DNA from: the human T2T-CHM13v2.0 reference genome, Homo sapiens
Strand: one strand, 5' to 3'
Assembly (NCBI RefSeq): GCF_009914755.1
Contig: NC_060926.1
DNA: 64,000 nucleotides
In this document: positions 44,552 through 58,329 of the stretch, piece by piece
Numbering within the stretch: the first letter of the stretch is position 1
How the letters are laid out: each line of letters begins with the position of its first letter
Program-made: the position numbers and the translations under genes
The notes under the pieces: generated by a model
The model's input: the letters and a program-made list of their open reading frames with translations, nothing else
Database searches by the model: none
What the model was told of the DNA's origin: nothing

Positions 44552-45675
44552 GCTTCTGCAAGGAAATAATTAACAAGTGAAGTGACAACCTACAGAATGG
44601 GAGAAAATATTTGCAAACTATTCAACTGACAAGGGGTTAATAACCAGAATATATAAGGAGCTCAAATGACTCAACAACAACAACAAAAGAAAATCCAATT
44701 AAAAAATAAGCAAAAGATCTAAATAATACATTTCTCAAAAGAAGACATACAAATGCCCGATTGGTATATGAAAAGATACTCAACATCACTAATCATCAGA
44801 GAAATGCAAATCAAAACCACAATGAGATATCATCTCATCTCAAAATGGCTTTTATCAAAAAGACAAAAAATTAAAGATGTTGGTGAGGATGCAAAGAAAG
44901 GGGAATGCTTATACACTATTGGTGGGAATGTAAATCAGTACAGTCACTATGAAAAACAGCACGGAGGTTGCCAAAAATAAAACCACCACAGGATCCAGCA
45001 ATCTCGCTACAGGGTATCTACCCGAAAGAAACCAAGATATCAAAAAGATATCCGCGATCCCATGGTTACTGCAGCAAAATTCACAATAGCCACAACAGGG
45101 AATCAACCTAAGTGTCCATCAATGGATAAATGGATACAGAAAATGTGATACACATACATGGTGGAATATTATTCAGCCATAAAAAGAATGAAATCCTATA
45201 ATTTGCAACAACATGGACAGAAGTAGAGAATAACATTTCGGTTGGTGAAATAAGCCAGGCACAGAAAGACAAGTATTGCATGTTCTCACTTGTATGTGAA
45301 AAATTTAAAAAAAAAATGACCTCATGGAGATAGAGAGTAGAATGATGACTACCAGAGGCTCTGAAGGGTAGTGGGTGGGGGGAATAAAAGGGTTGGTTAA
45401 TGATTACAAAACTACAGTTAGATAGAAAAAATAAGATCCAGTGTTTGGTAGCATGATAGGTAGACTACAGTTAACAACAATTTATTGTATATTTCAAAAT
45501 AACTAGAAGAGTAGAATTGGACTGTTCCTAACACAAAGAAATGATAAATATTTAAGGTGATGGATATCCCAATTACCCTCATTTGATCATTATGCATTGT
45601 ATGCTTGTATCAAAATATCACATGTACCTCATAAATATGTACAACTATTATTTATCCAGAAAAATAGAAATAAAA
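43588..45675. mobile_element. L1MA-like element with 5' inversion (RT segment on - at 43588-44269; ORF2 end and 3' UTR on + at 44270-45675)
   Basis: Minus ORFs encode L1 RT ([20 protein letters not shown]); plus ORF encodes [14 protein letters not shown]; L1MA-type 3' UTR. Confidence 0.88.
44395..44550 (+). mobile_element. Alu left arm ending in a (CA)n microsatellite, inserted in the L1
   Basis: Left-arm sequence to tctactaaaata, then about 16 CA units. Confidence 0.85.
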
Positions 45676-46432
45676 GAGATTAGAACTCGTCATAAGCTAA
45701 ATACACCTTAGCTATTCCAATCTCTTGTGAGTATGAGCAATACCCAATGAGTAATCCTATGTACATATCTTTTCCCACTTTTTGAGTCTGAATATGAGAT
45801 AACTTTCTAGGAGATTTGCTGGCTCAAAGAAAACGCATATTTGAAATTTGTAGATACTGCCAAATTGCTCTTTATGGCGGTCAAACCAATTTATACTTCT
45901 GCAAGTAATATATTGAGTATGTACTTGTTTTGCCACGTTTTTATAGTGTATTATCAAACTTGTTGACTTTAGATGAAAAATGGTATTTTTGTAGTTTTAA
46001 TTTGCATTTCTTTTATTACAAGAAGTTGAACATTTTTCACATGCTTAAGTGAATCTGTATTTTCTTTTCTGTAAATTAGGAATTCATATTTTTGCTTATT
46101 TTTAATGGATTGATCATCTTTAAAACTCCAAATCCAATTACTCCTCAGAATGATCTTCATTATGTGGAGACCTTTAATAAGTCCTGAACAACATATCAAA
46201 AAACCATAAACAAAAATACTTTATATTCCAAAGTATATATGTAGAATTTCTCAAAATGATTTGACAGCAGTGAAACCTAAGAGAGCTTTTAAGATAATAG
46301 CTTCTTGTTCTAAATCAGACTTCAGGAGAACAAAGAACAAAGGAGAAGAGCCTTTTTTTTTTCTTTCAGTTGTATAATTTGAAAAGGAGAAAATATTTTG
46401 GCAAACTAATTAAAACCAATTCTGGATTACAT

Positions 46433-46585
46433 TTTTTTTTTTTGAGTGGGGGTCTCCCTCTGTTGCCCACAATGTAGTGGCTTGATCACTGCTCACTGCA
46501 ACCTCAAACTCCTGGGCTCAAGCAATCCTTTAGCCTCAGCCTCCCAAAGTGCTGAGATTATAGGCACGAGTCACCTTTCCTGGCC
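46433..46585 (-). mobile_element. Alu monomer (FRAM/AluJ-like)
   Basis: T tail plus single-arm Alu sequence. Confidence 0.8.
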
Positions 46586-46833
46586 CTTAATTACATTTGT
46601 GACTCTGCTATGCTCACAGAGTCAAAAGGGGCGGGGGCAGAAACCTGTACTAATGCTGTTGTCTCTATATTCTTCAAAATACAATTCTTGCCCAGTAAAA
46701 TGGTGTATATATATCCCTTCTAAACATTCTATTCTCCTGAGAGGGAAGAAGTTCAGAAAAGCAGCAGAGGTGATGACATGTTTAAGTAATTGTCAGGAAT
46801 TGTCACTGGCTATTATTTAGTTTATTCCTCTAG

Positions 46834-47019
46834 GGCAATGATCCTCAGCTGAGATGATTTTGCCCACAGAAGCTATATGACAATGTCCTGAGACATCTTT
46901 GGTTTTCACAACTTGAGCTAGTGGCATTCAGTGGGTAGAGCACTGTAGAACACAGAGGGCAGCCCCCACAAGAATTATCCCACCCAAAATGTCAATAGTG
47001 CTGAAGCTGAGAAATCCTG
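46834..47019. mobile_element. MER20 hAT-Charlie MITE
   Basis: tgattttgccc...cccaaaatgtcaatagtgctgaagctgagaaatcctg. Confidence 0.75.
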
Positions 47020-47712
47020 CTTTAGGGAATAAAAGAGTCAAGAGAATAAAGAGGCTAGGAAATGTGGAAGAAGTTGGCAACCTTTTGAAAACCAGACAAG
47101 TCCATAATTCCTTACCTGGCCTACCTCATCCTTGATTAAAAGAAAGAGGAAATTAAAGAAATAACTAATGATACAGCATGGTAGAAGCAAAATGGCCCTT
47201 TAATTTGGCCTCTTTCCAACTGTTCCCCCATCCCCCGAGCTTTTCTGGATTTGCTTACTACAAACTGTGCCGATGACCCCTCTTGACTGTGCAAAATGAA
47301 GTATTTTCCCAGTCCATATGGGAATGCAACAGAATATCAGTTATTAAATTTCCACCCTCATGCACTCTGCTCACTTCATTCTTTGCTTTTGTATTAAAGA
47401 TGACTTCGATAATTTTAAAAAATAATCTTTCTATAACCATTTTAGACGTTATTTTTTACAGCATTACTTAACATTTTTAAGTAAAAGGTTCCAATAGTTG
47501 CAAACAAAATTATTTTAAGCAACACTTATTTTGAAAGTAATTTAAGGTGAACCGTTTCAAGTTCATGTCGTTAAAATGCTGTCAGTAAAATGTCAGGCAA
47601 GGTAGGAAGCTTCCAAGTTATTTCACTTGGTCAAACATAATTTTTGCACTTTAACAATGGTTTCTGAATTTAACATTATCTGAATGAATAATTTATCACT
47701 ATGAACTTTTAA

Positions 47713-48727
47713 TTTTTTTTTTTAGACACAGTCTCACCATATTGCCCAGGCTGGTCTCCATCTCCTGAACTCAAGCAATCATTCTGCCTCAAGCCTCCCC
47801 AAGTGCTGATGATAGAGACAGAAGGCAGAGAAATACTAGGCAGACAGGGGTGGGTCCTGGCGAAACCCCACCTTCAAGATGAAAAGCCTGAAACCCATTG
47901 CCCAAAGTGAGAACTTCTATCTCTGTTTGCCTGCTCTCTCCTGATTGGTTCTTTCTAAATGTCTTTTTACCAATCGAATGTTGCCTTTTCCAAAACTACC
48001 TACGGCCGGCCCCACGGCCCAACCCCTGTCCTGTGCCTATAAAGACCCCAGACTCAGCCAGTAGAGAGAGAGAAGCAGCTTGACTGGAGAGAGGTGACTT
48101 GACATTGGAGGGACAGCTGGACTTCAGAGGATGGCCTGACTATCGGGAAGAGCCGCTGGACCTCAGGAGAAGATTACCTGCCCGTCCCGTCCCCTCTCCC
48201 ACATCCCACTCTGCTGAGAGCCATTTCCCATCACTTACCACCTTCACCATCCTTCAAGTGTCTGGGGGATCTCATTGTTCTTAGATGCCAGACAAGCACT
48301 GGAGACCCAACAAGTGCCAGTACCCCAAAAAAGGCTGTTGCATAGGCCCTTTCCCCTTGCTGGTGGAGGGCAGCCACCCCACACGATGAGGCAAGGCGCC
48401 CACTGAGCTGATAACACGCTGCTGTCCATGGATGGCAGACCTAAGAGAGTATTATATCTTCTGGGGCCTCTGGGGGGTTTCAGGCACCACAACCTAAGTG
48501 CCGCTGTGGGGCCCTTAGGTTGAAGGGCCCCACAGGTATGAAGTCTGCTCCTGCCATCACTCAAGGCAGCTAGCCAGATCCTGCACTCGTTTGCTCACAT
48601 GTTCCCTCCCAAAAGAGGTTGAGTGTGGCGGACTGAGTAAACAGGGTACCCCGTCCCAAGTCCGATGAAGAGGTCAAGAAAAATCCTACATCACTGAGAT
48701 TACAGGTATGAGCTGCCGTGCCCAGCC
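47713..48727 (-). mobile_element. Alu left monomer (FLAM/AluJ-like) split by an LTR
   Basis: ...ccaagtgctga | LTR | ctgagattacagg...; the halves rejoin into a continuous Alu arm. Confidence 0.87.
47810..48693 (+). mobile_element. ERV1 solo LTR (LTR27/LTR28/MER52-related), 884 bp
   Basis: TGAT...ATCA termini, 4-bp TSD ctga (47806-47809, 48694-48697), CCAAT boxes and TATAAA at 48038. Confidence 0.9.
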
Positions 48728-48923
48728 AGTATGTACTTTTTTAAAAAGAAGAATGAAGGTTTTATTCTAAATGCAATGGGAAACGATCGAAGTTTAACAT
48801 ACATTTACTTTTAAAATGTACTTGATATATAATAAATGCACTAATCTTAATTAGAAGCTTGATAGCTTCATAAACATACACACAACCCACATAACCACCA
48901 CTCAGGTCAAGATACAGAATATT

Positions 48924-49045
48924 ATCAGCATCACAAGTTTCTTCAAATGCATTTGAGACATTGAATACCAACGTCATTTTAAAAATCAGCATCACAAGTT
49001 TCTTCAAATGCATTTGTGACACTGAATACCAACGTCATTTTAAAA
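48924..49045. repeat. Tandem duplication, 2 x 61 bp
   Basis: Units start at 48924 and 48985 and differ at 2 positions. Confidence 0.95.
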
Positions 49046-49445
49046 TTTGATGCCAAATAAATCTTCACAAGTCTTTTTAAACATAAACTCGATCATAGTA
49101 AACAAGCTCCATGAGGAAAAGAATATTCTCTTTTCATGTTCCTCCTGAATCCCCAAGCACTTTGTACTTAACAGGTACTTACTAAAAAAAAAAAAAAAAA
49201 AAAGAAGTGTTGACTATTGAGCAACTAACTTAGCACTAATAAATTACACAGAAACAAATCTAATATTAACACCAATTTTAGGAAAATATTTAATTGGAGA
49301 GAAGCAGCTCAATGATTCTGTTTCTAAATACAGACATAAGGACGATAGCTGAGTCAATTAGAAAATTACTCAACATGGACTTGAATTTATTAACTTTCAT
49401 CATTAACCTGAACCCAGAATTTTTTGGATATGAAATATCATAAGA

Positions 49446-49761
<316 letters not shown>

Positions 49762-51513
49762 GAAATACCAGAGGAGCTGCTTTATTTAACACCTGCCTTT
49801 CTGATACCAACCAAAGCAATCTTTTTTCATTCTCATTTTTTCTTGTTTTGTTATTAGTTCTGATTATCTTTAATTCAAACTTTCCGAATTAAAGATCTAG
49901 GATCTTCTATTCTAGCCAAGGTCTTATGATGAATAGTAGAATTAAAAAAAAATTTCTTCTTCCAGTTTGAGCTTTCAGATTAGTAATGGCTGCCTGACAT
50001 TGATTTTGCCTAGACAAAAAAAGTAGGGGTAGAATAAAGAGCAGGATGTCACTAAGCTGCTGCAACACAGCTGTAGTAGAAAGAATGGATAGAAAAAAAA
50101 ACAACATAGAATGACAACTGGGTTTTTTTTGACAACAAAAGATACAGCTGGGGTGTTCAGTGTACTTTGGCATAACCTGAAAATTATACCCAATCCGTAT
50201 CTACAGAGACGATGCAGTTAAAGAACAGACCAAAATAACTCCTCAATTAGGCTACATAAGCAAACAACCTTCAGGTCTAGTGTCACGTAAATCGTCAAAA
50301 CTAAAACCAAATGTTTTAAATCAGCTAAAAGCAGACAATCTGCTTTTGTAAGAATTATTCCAATTTCTGTAAACAGCATTATAACTTAAAATGAATTGCT
50401 GTCTACCAATTCCTTTCTCACTCCAATTATATCTACTATGTTCATTCAACAAATTATACAGTAGCAGGAGCATTATAGTGGTATCTTCTAAGCCTCTTAG
50501 CAATATGAAAGCAAAAAGGTGGAGAAGTGCTATTGAGTGCAGTCAATATGCATCAGAAATTGTGCAAAGCACTTGCTACAGACTCTTAATTTCCTCAAAA
50601 CTCTTAAAACAAGTAATCCAGGCCCTTTAATAAGATAAACACTTTATCTCTGTTTTTTATAGTTTTTTTATACGTTAAATGCTAAAATCAAAAGGCAAGA
50701 GCAAACCAATGTAAGCATGTTGGCAGGCTACCTAATGAAGGCTTTGGGACTTTAAGATCACTACAAGACCAGTGATCTTTCCATATCTAAACAGATTTTG
50801 AAATCATGAGTATTAACTACTTTTGAGCACTAAGTATGTGCCAGACACTACCTGGGGCTTTACATTTAACCACCATTCTTCTATGGAGGTGGACTTTATG
50901 ACACTAGTTTCACACCTGAGAAAACTGAGGGTCAGAAGTAACTTGAAAAGGGCCTATCATCAGTGGCAGAATAGCAACTACAACCCAGGTGTCTCTCCTT
51001 GATTCCAAAACTCTGCTATGGCATAATATACTCTGTTATCTCTTCCTTGGATTCTTTTTTTTTTTTTTTTTTAAACATACTACACCAGTAACAGAGTTAA
51101 TGTAATTTCAAGGTTGAAAATCCAAGCATGAACAATCACTGTAAGATGGGCGAGGCTTCTGGCCTACTCCCTCAATATCAGTTTTCTCCCTTGTAATCAG
51201 GCGTTAAGTGGCCTCCCAGCTGTGATCTGATCAGGAAATTTCTGTTTGGCTCAATTCCAGTTCTACCTGCTGCTCAGATTTGTCTGCCTTCTGCATTCTC
51301 CTGATTCCCAGTACCATTAGTTCTTCGGGTTTAATCAGTAAAAACACATTCCCTTCAGCTTATAAACCTCTAGAAGGCAGAGATCTTGTTTGTTGTTAAT
51401 TTTGCTTTATAAAACAATATGAAGATATAGGAACTTTTTATATATATAGGTTAAAAATTCACATTAACTATATCCATACTCACAATAAAAACTGTGCACT
51501 GTTAAACAAAAAT

Positions 51514-51814
51514 GGGTCAGGTGTGGTGGCTCACACATGTAATCCCAGCACTCTGGGAAGCCAAGGTGGAGGGAACGCTTGAGCCCGAGAGTTCAAGACC
51601 AGCCTGGGCAACATGGTGAAACCCCATCTGTACAAAAAATAAAAAAATTAGCCGAGCGTGGTGGCCGGAGTCTGTGGTCCAGCTACTTAGGGAGGGTGAG
51701 GTGGGAGGATCAATTGAGCCCAGGAGGTCAAGGCTGCAGTGAGCCGTGATCATGCCATTGCACCCCAGCCTGGGTGACAGAGCAAGATCCTGTCTCAAAA
51801 AACAAAAACAAAAA
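51514..51814 (+). mobile_element. AluJ-like
   Basis: ttgagcccaggaggtcaaggctgcagtgagc J-type motif. Confidence 0.91.
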
Positions 51815-51992
51815 TGCCCAGGCAAAACTAGAAATCCTGTTTAAGACCTCAAGCTGCAATTCATATTTGTAAGATTTTAATCTAGGAGACAGTCATATTC
51901 CCTATTTTACTAAGCCCCTACAATGGTACTAAAAGAGAGACATTGTAGATTTCTTCAAACTTCAGAAATGCTATTACTCCATCAGTTTAACC

Positions 51993-52185
51993 CAGGGGTT
52001 TTCAACCTCAGCATTATTAACATTTTGGGCCAGATAATGCTTTGTTGTATGGGGCATCATAGCAACTTCCTTGCCCTCTATCCACTAGATGCTGGAAGCC
52101 CCCCTGCTCCAGTTGTGCATCCAAAAACGTCTCCAGACATTGCCAAATGTTCCCAGGGGGTCAAAATCTCATCAGATGAAAACAA
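51993..52185. mobile_element. MER20 hAT-Charlie MITE (opposite orientation to the 46834 copy)
   Basis: caggggttttcaacctcagcattattaacattttgggccagataat...ctccagacattgccaaatgt. Confidence 0.78.
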
Positions 52186-53420
52186 TTTAACTTGATCTTA
52201 TATATTAAAATCAGATACTGAGACTATAACATTTGCCAGTAAAATAGTCCAAAGTCCTAATCCACATTCTTATGTGGAATAAGGAAAAAGTTCAGGAAAT
52301 AAATAACTTTAAAAATTTCAGAGCATTCTAGAAGAACCCCTGGCCTTTTGCACAATCCCAGGAAAAACAAGCTCTACAAACTAATTATCTGACAATCTAA
52401 GCTAGTGGGATCAGCTTGGGCACAACTAAGGCACCGGATATATGAAACAAGATGGGAAAGAATACTGATGCTTATCTGCTCATTTCTATCTCTTTTCAGC
52501 TCTAATAACTATAAATCATCTCATCAATAAAACTGTATTTCCAGTATCATGTTTTTAGAAGAGCAGGTATGTGTTCTTTACCAAATGTCTACTAAATGTA
52601 AGACATCTCTGAGGATAAAAGATGAATAAGACAGCATCAATCAATGTATCATAAATGTTGGAAGGGTTTCAAAGCTTTGAAAAAAGGAAGCTAAGTTTTG
52701 GCTTATGCTAACAACAACAACAACAGTAAAAGAAACTCCACCCTACTCCACCCTTGGGGTGTGTAATGAAACTGGATGAAATTCAAAGAGTGAACGCTTT
52801 TGGTCATATCCAAGTTTTAAGCAAAGCTCAACGATAAATGATCTGTTAGAGATATTTTCTTGGGACAAAAACCTCAGTGTATATGTTTTGTGATATTCTT
52901 GTTAGAATTTAATCTAGTTTTTAAATTATAAGACTTGAATCATTGATTGTTCTCTATTTCTATGAAATTTTACCATGCTCTCCCCCATACTGCGAACGCC
53001 AATTTCATTTTCCCCCAACTTAACACGATACCTAAACTATATTTTAAAACTGTTTTGAACATCTTCCTGCACGCTTGTTTACTAATTTAATCTTTTTGTA
53101 AAACATAACTCTCATATCATTTGACCAAGTGTTGAGATCAGTTTTTCTTACCAATACATGAGCTCTATGTAGAAAGAAGACATTAACCTATATAATACTT
53201 GCCGTAACATTTTCCCAATCTTGTTGCTTTTACTTTTATATATGTATACGTTATAATTTTTAATAAAATCTCTAAACTGATCTTTTCATGTTTTCTTTTA
53301 TTGATCTGAAAGTGAGCTGCCTGCTGTCCAGAGGTTTGATAGTCAATTCCATTATATGTAAATTTTCTTTTGAGTTTCCACATTTCACCTTTAATCACTG
53401 AAATTTACCTTGGTGTCATA

Positions 53421-53741
53421 TTTTTCTTTTGAGACAGAGTTTTGCTCTTTCCCTCAGGCTGCAGTGAAGTGGCGCAATCTCAGCTCACTGCAACCTCTGC
53501 CACCACCCACCCCCACCCACCTCCCTCCCCACCCAGAGTTCAAGCGATTCTCCTGCCTCAGCCTCCCGAGTAGCTGGGATTATAGGCACCTGCCACCACA
53601 CCTGGCTAGTTTTTGTATTTTTAGTAGAGACAGGCTTTTGCCATGTTGGCCAGGCTGGTCTCAAACTCCTGACCTCAGGTGATCCACCCACCTCAGCCTC
53701 CCAAAGTGCTAGGATCACAGACATGGGCCAACGCGCCCAGC
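53421..53741 (-). mobile_element. Alu (AluS) with C-rich insertion
   Basis: Antisense dimer; extra ccaccc-rich segment at 53500-53534. Confidence 0.91.
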
Positions 53742-54552
53742 TAGTGTCAGGTATTAAGTGAAGGTCTATGTTAATGTTCCTTCAACTGCTTAAAACTAGT
53801 TTTTTAAGCTCTGTTTTTTTTTTGAAAAATGATTCCTTTTAATTTCTCATGACTCCTTTGGCATACCTAAAAGTACCTTGTGCTTATCTATTTATGTTCA
53901 GATAGTATATAACTTCAGTTATTGTAGGTTTTTCTTCTCTTTCTCTCTTATTTTTCAGATTTTTAAATTAATGCTCTTGACTATTTTTCCTCCAGATAAA
54001 CTTTAACATTGTCAGAGTAAAAAGAATACCAATAAAAATCTTTAATGGAAAGAAATTTAACTGGAGAAGTAAAAATTACACACTATCAGTCTTCCTTTTT
54101 CAGGAACATAAGAAGACGCATTCATTTTACAAGGTCTTTAAAAAATTTTTTAAAGATTTTAATTTTATTTATATTTGGACTTACCCGTTTCTTAAGATAA
54201 TTGTTGCTAAATATTTTTAATCTTTTTTTCTAATGGAGATATTTATGCACTCTTGGTTAGTTTTCCTGTACCTCTTGTGATATCAAAAGATCTTATACAA
54301 TGTCACTTAACTGTTCCTATCCCTTTAGAGTTAATTCTATAGGCTCTTTCCAACAGTTTAATTCTTGGGCATGTGTATACAATGCAAGAATATCTCAAAT
54401 AACAGCCTAAGGGTACAGAAATACAGAGAAGCATGCTTACTTACTCACTGCTCAACAATGGTAATTAACTGACTAGTTAAATCAGTTGACCTCAAAATTA
54501 TAAGATTCTTAAGTCACATATGCAATCACCATTAATCTAAAGAAGCATATTT

Positions 54553-54870
<318 letters not shown>

Positions 54871-57439
54871 TTAGGAATATATTATACCAAAATATTCTAA
54901 TATAGAAGTCACAGGTTTTCACATGCAGCCCAAGAACAGAAGATAAAATAAATCACAGAATTGATATACCATTAACCTCTAATTTTCTGTACCAATAAAA
55001 GGAGAATTAGTAAAGCTAATAGAAAACTGTGAGTACCTATTCAGATCAAGGAAGGAATCAGCTGTCTTCTACAGAGAAAACAGATTTTGACATATGTATA
55101 TATTCTATAAAGCACAAATCAAAAAATTAACATAAACTTAATTGATAGTAGTTTTCAGTCATTTCTAGATTACCACTGGCTAATTCTAATAAATCTTCAA
55201 CAGAGAGGGACCTCGAAGTGTAATAGCTCAAGTTTTCTTTTGAGTTTGGAAACCACTAAGATCAGATTAATACATAATAATATTGATTAGCTAGCATATA
55301 CTGTGTGATTACTATTTGCTAAGTATTAGGCTAAGCATTTTAGAAACATATCATTTAATATACACACACAATGATGAGAGATGAGTGCTACTTTTAACCT
55401 CATTTTTCAGACAAGGAATCAAGATTACACAACTAATAAGTGGTAGAAATGAACTCCAGTTTAACCCCAAAACTAATGGTTTTAACTATAACACTATACT
55501 GCTTCATATTAATTCCTTCCTTTATTTATTCAACCAAAGAATATTCACTGAGCACCTACTGTGGCCATGATATCTGGCATCATAAAGCTTAGTTTTATAG
55601 TGGATACAGTCAAGAAAAGAGACAATTACAATGAGCATTATGAATGTTAAAATACAATGTGTTGGATAGGATGCCAACATCCATACAGAAAAAAACTTGC
55701 TGGAGGTCTAAGCAGAGGATGTGGCAATGAAAGGGTGTTCAAGGCTAGTTAAAAGATAGAACATGGCATGTCTGAAGCTTAGGAAAGGAATCTGGACCAG
55801 AGATCAGAGATTGATCAGCATTATTTTGTAAGTAATCTTGCAATAATACCTTATACATAAGCAATCACATATTTCTGTCACCTGCTCATTGCTGGCAACT
55901 ACACGTCTGTCCAGTTAACTGCTGCAGAGTGAAGAGGGCAGAGATTATCACGAATTTCTTGAATAACTAATTCTAACACAAATAAAATTTAGAGCACCAC
56001 TAGGAAGCAGAATCACAAAACTTTTTATCTGACCAAGCAAAAGAAAGCAGACTCTATATGTGCATAAAGAGACCAGTATCTGCTGTCTCACAGACTAGTG
56101 AGGATGTTAAAGGTATCTTGCTTTATCCATGCTACAAGCTATCAAAGTAGTAGCATGGCATTGTACCAGCAAAAGCTTATTTCTCCAGGTGAAGTACTAC
56201 AGTTGGTGATGGCAAGCAAAAAGTAGGATTGAAAATATGATTTCATATTTCCAACAAGGTGACAGCTCTCCTTCCTGAGTCATTTTATCATATTGTACCT
56301 TTATTTCAGGACTTACATCTACCTTATATTAGGGCAATTTGACATTTGCTCATCTTCTTTTCTAGAGCATAAATCACAGGGGCAGGGAATTTGTGTTTCA
56401 TCTTGGGAGCTTCCACAGTTATCTAGCACAGTGACTGAAGAGTAGTGCACCATAAATATTTGTTCAACTGAAGCAAAGCCATAACAGATAATGGCACCCA
56501 GGTGTAGGATAATTGTATAACACTATTTAGCTCTCTGCAAACTGCCACCAGGGAGACTGAAAATCTACCTAGAATTTGCAATTATCACATTAACCTATAA
56601 TCAGCTGCAGACCTCTCTGAAATTTTTAATTTTAAGAATTTTTTTAAAGTATATTTTCAGTATGTGGAAAATAAGATGGCACTCACGGGACAAAATATAC
56701 AATTTCAATATTTGAAAAAATGTATCTTCAGATTGTTACTTATCTGGTCCTTAGGCTTATCAAATTTCCATTAGACTAGAGGTTCTAGACTGTGGCTCTC
56801 ATTAGAATCATAGATAGAACTCTTAAACAGACTCCCACTCCCAAAGGACCTGATTTAATTGGTCTAGGAAGGACCTGTTTAACCTCCTAGTTACTCTCCA
56901 GTGCAGTCTGGGTTGAAAACCACTGTTACAAATCAAGTCCACATTTAAAATGCATATAACCTTGCAACTACATGCATCGAGTTTGTAAACATCCTGATCC
57001 TTGTAACATGTGGCCTATTGTAAAAGATTTTTTAAAACTAGGTTTTTTTCTTTTTCCATAAATATGACAAAACAAGCTTTGAACTTTTGCCTATAATTTT
57101 TAAAAAAGCTAACCAGGAAATGCTCAATGATAAGAGTAATCAGAAAATCTTGTGGGCTGTTCAAAAGCAGACTGGTTAAGATTTTGTTGGGAAAAAATAG
57201 ACACAAACATAGCAATAAAGCCTGCATTTGTCAAAATATATGTTATGAGTTTATTCATTTGATTATAACTATTTCATCAAAAATTACTGAATCGTGGAAA
57301 TATCTGACAAGGAGCTTGGTTCACACCCCTTCAACTTATTTCCAATAGTAGGCTGGGAGTGAAAAAAATTTAAAACAATGTATTATTTCAAATGTGGTCA
57401 TGGCACAGCTCAGAGGCATACACAGCTTTTCTATCGTAC

Positions 57440-57952
57440 TACATATTTCAAGTCAAAGTCTTGTTATAGCTCTGCCTTCTTGTTCCAGCTCTTATAGTGT
57501 AAATAAGAGTCCTTTTCACAGTCTATTTAGTGCCATATTTTCTGCATTTTTTTCATCTTTTGTTAGTGACTCTTCTGTTTAAAATGGCTCCCAAGCACAG
57601 TGCTGAAGCAGTCTAGTGTTCTCAAGTGCAAAAAGTTTATGATGTCCCTTATAGAGTAACTACACGTGTTCAATAACATTCAGGTATAAGTAACAGCGCT
57701 GTTAGCTGTGAGTACAATGTTAATGAATCAACTATATATATTAAATAAAGTGTCTTCAAACAGAAACACATAAAACAAGGTTATGTATTTATTGGTTGAC
57801 GAAAATGTGACCAGAGGCTTGCAGGAACCTATCCTCCCACTAGGAACAAAGGTTCCACTAGGTCCTACTAGGAGCAATCGTTCACTATTAGCTAATTCAG
57901 TGTTCTCAGTGACTTTACAGAATATAACTACTATGAATAACAATAATTGACT
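57440..57952. mobile_element. MER44-like TcMar-Tigger element
   Basis: ctctgccttcttgttccagctc, aaacagaaacacataaaacaaggttatgtat, gaataacaataattgactg end. Confidence 0.75.
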
Positions 57953-58088
57953 GCATGTAGAAATAAAATATAAAAATGACAATAGGAAGAAAATAGAAAT
58001 ATACTGTTCTAAGGTATATATTACATTATAAAGTGCTATGATATTGTTTGAAGATACTCTGATCAGATGCATATTATATAAACTAGAA

Positions 58089-58305
58089 CAGGGATTTCCA
58101 AACATTTTCTGCAACAGGCCAAACAGTAGTATTTTAGGCTTGGTGGGCCATATGGTCTCTGTCACAGCTACTCAACTCTGCTGCTGCAGAACAAAAGAAG
58201 CCACAGACAAGATATAAAGGATTGAGCACCCTGTGTTCCAATAAAACTCTATTGACAACAGGTGGTGGGCCAGATTCGGCTTATGGATACAGATTGCTGA
58301 CCCCT
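58089..58305. mobile_element. MER58A hAT-Charlie MITE
   Basis: tattttaggctt...ggccatatggtctctgtcacagctactcaactctgc...ttgctgacccctg. Confidence 0.82.
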
Positions 58306-58329
58306 GCATTAGCGGAATTGATGAAAAAA

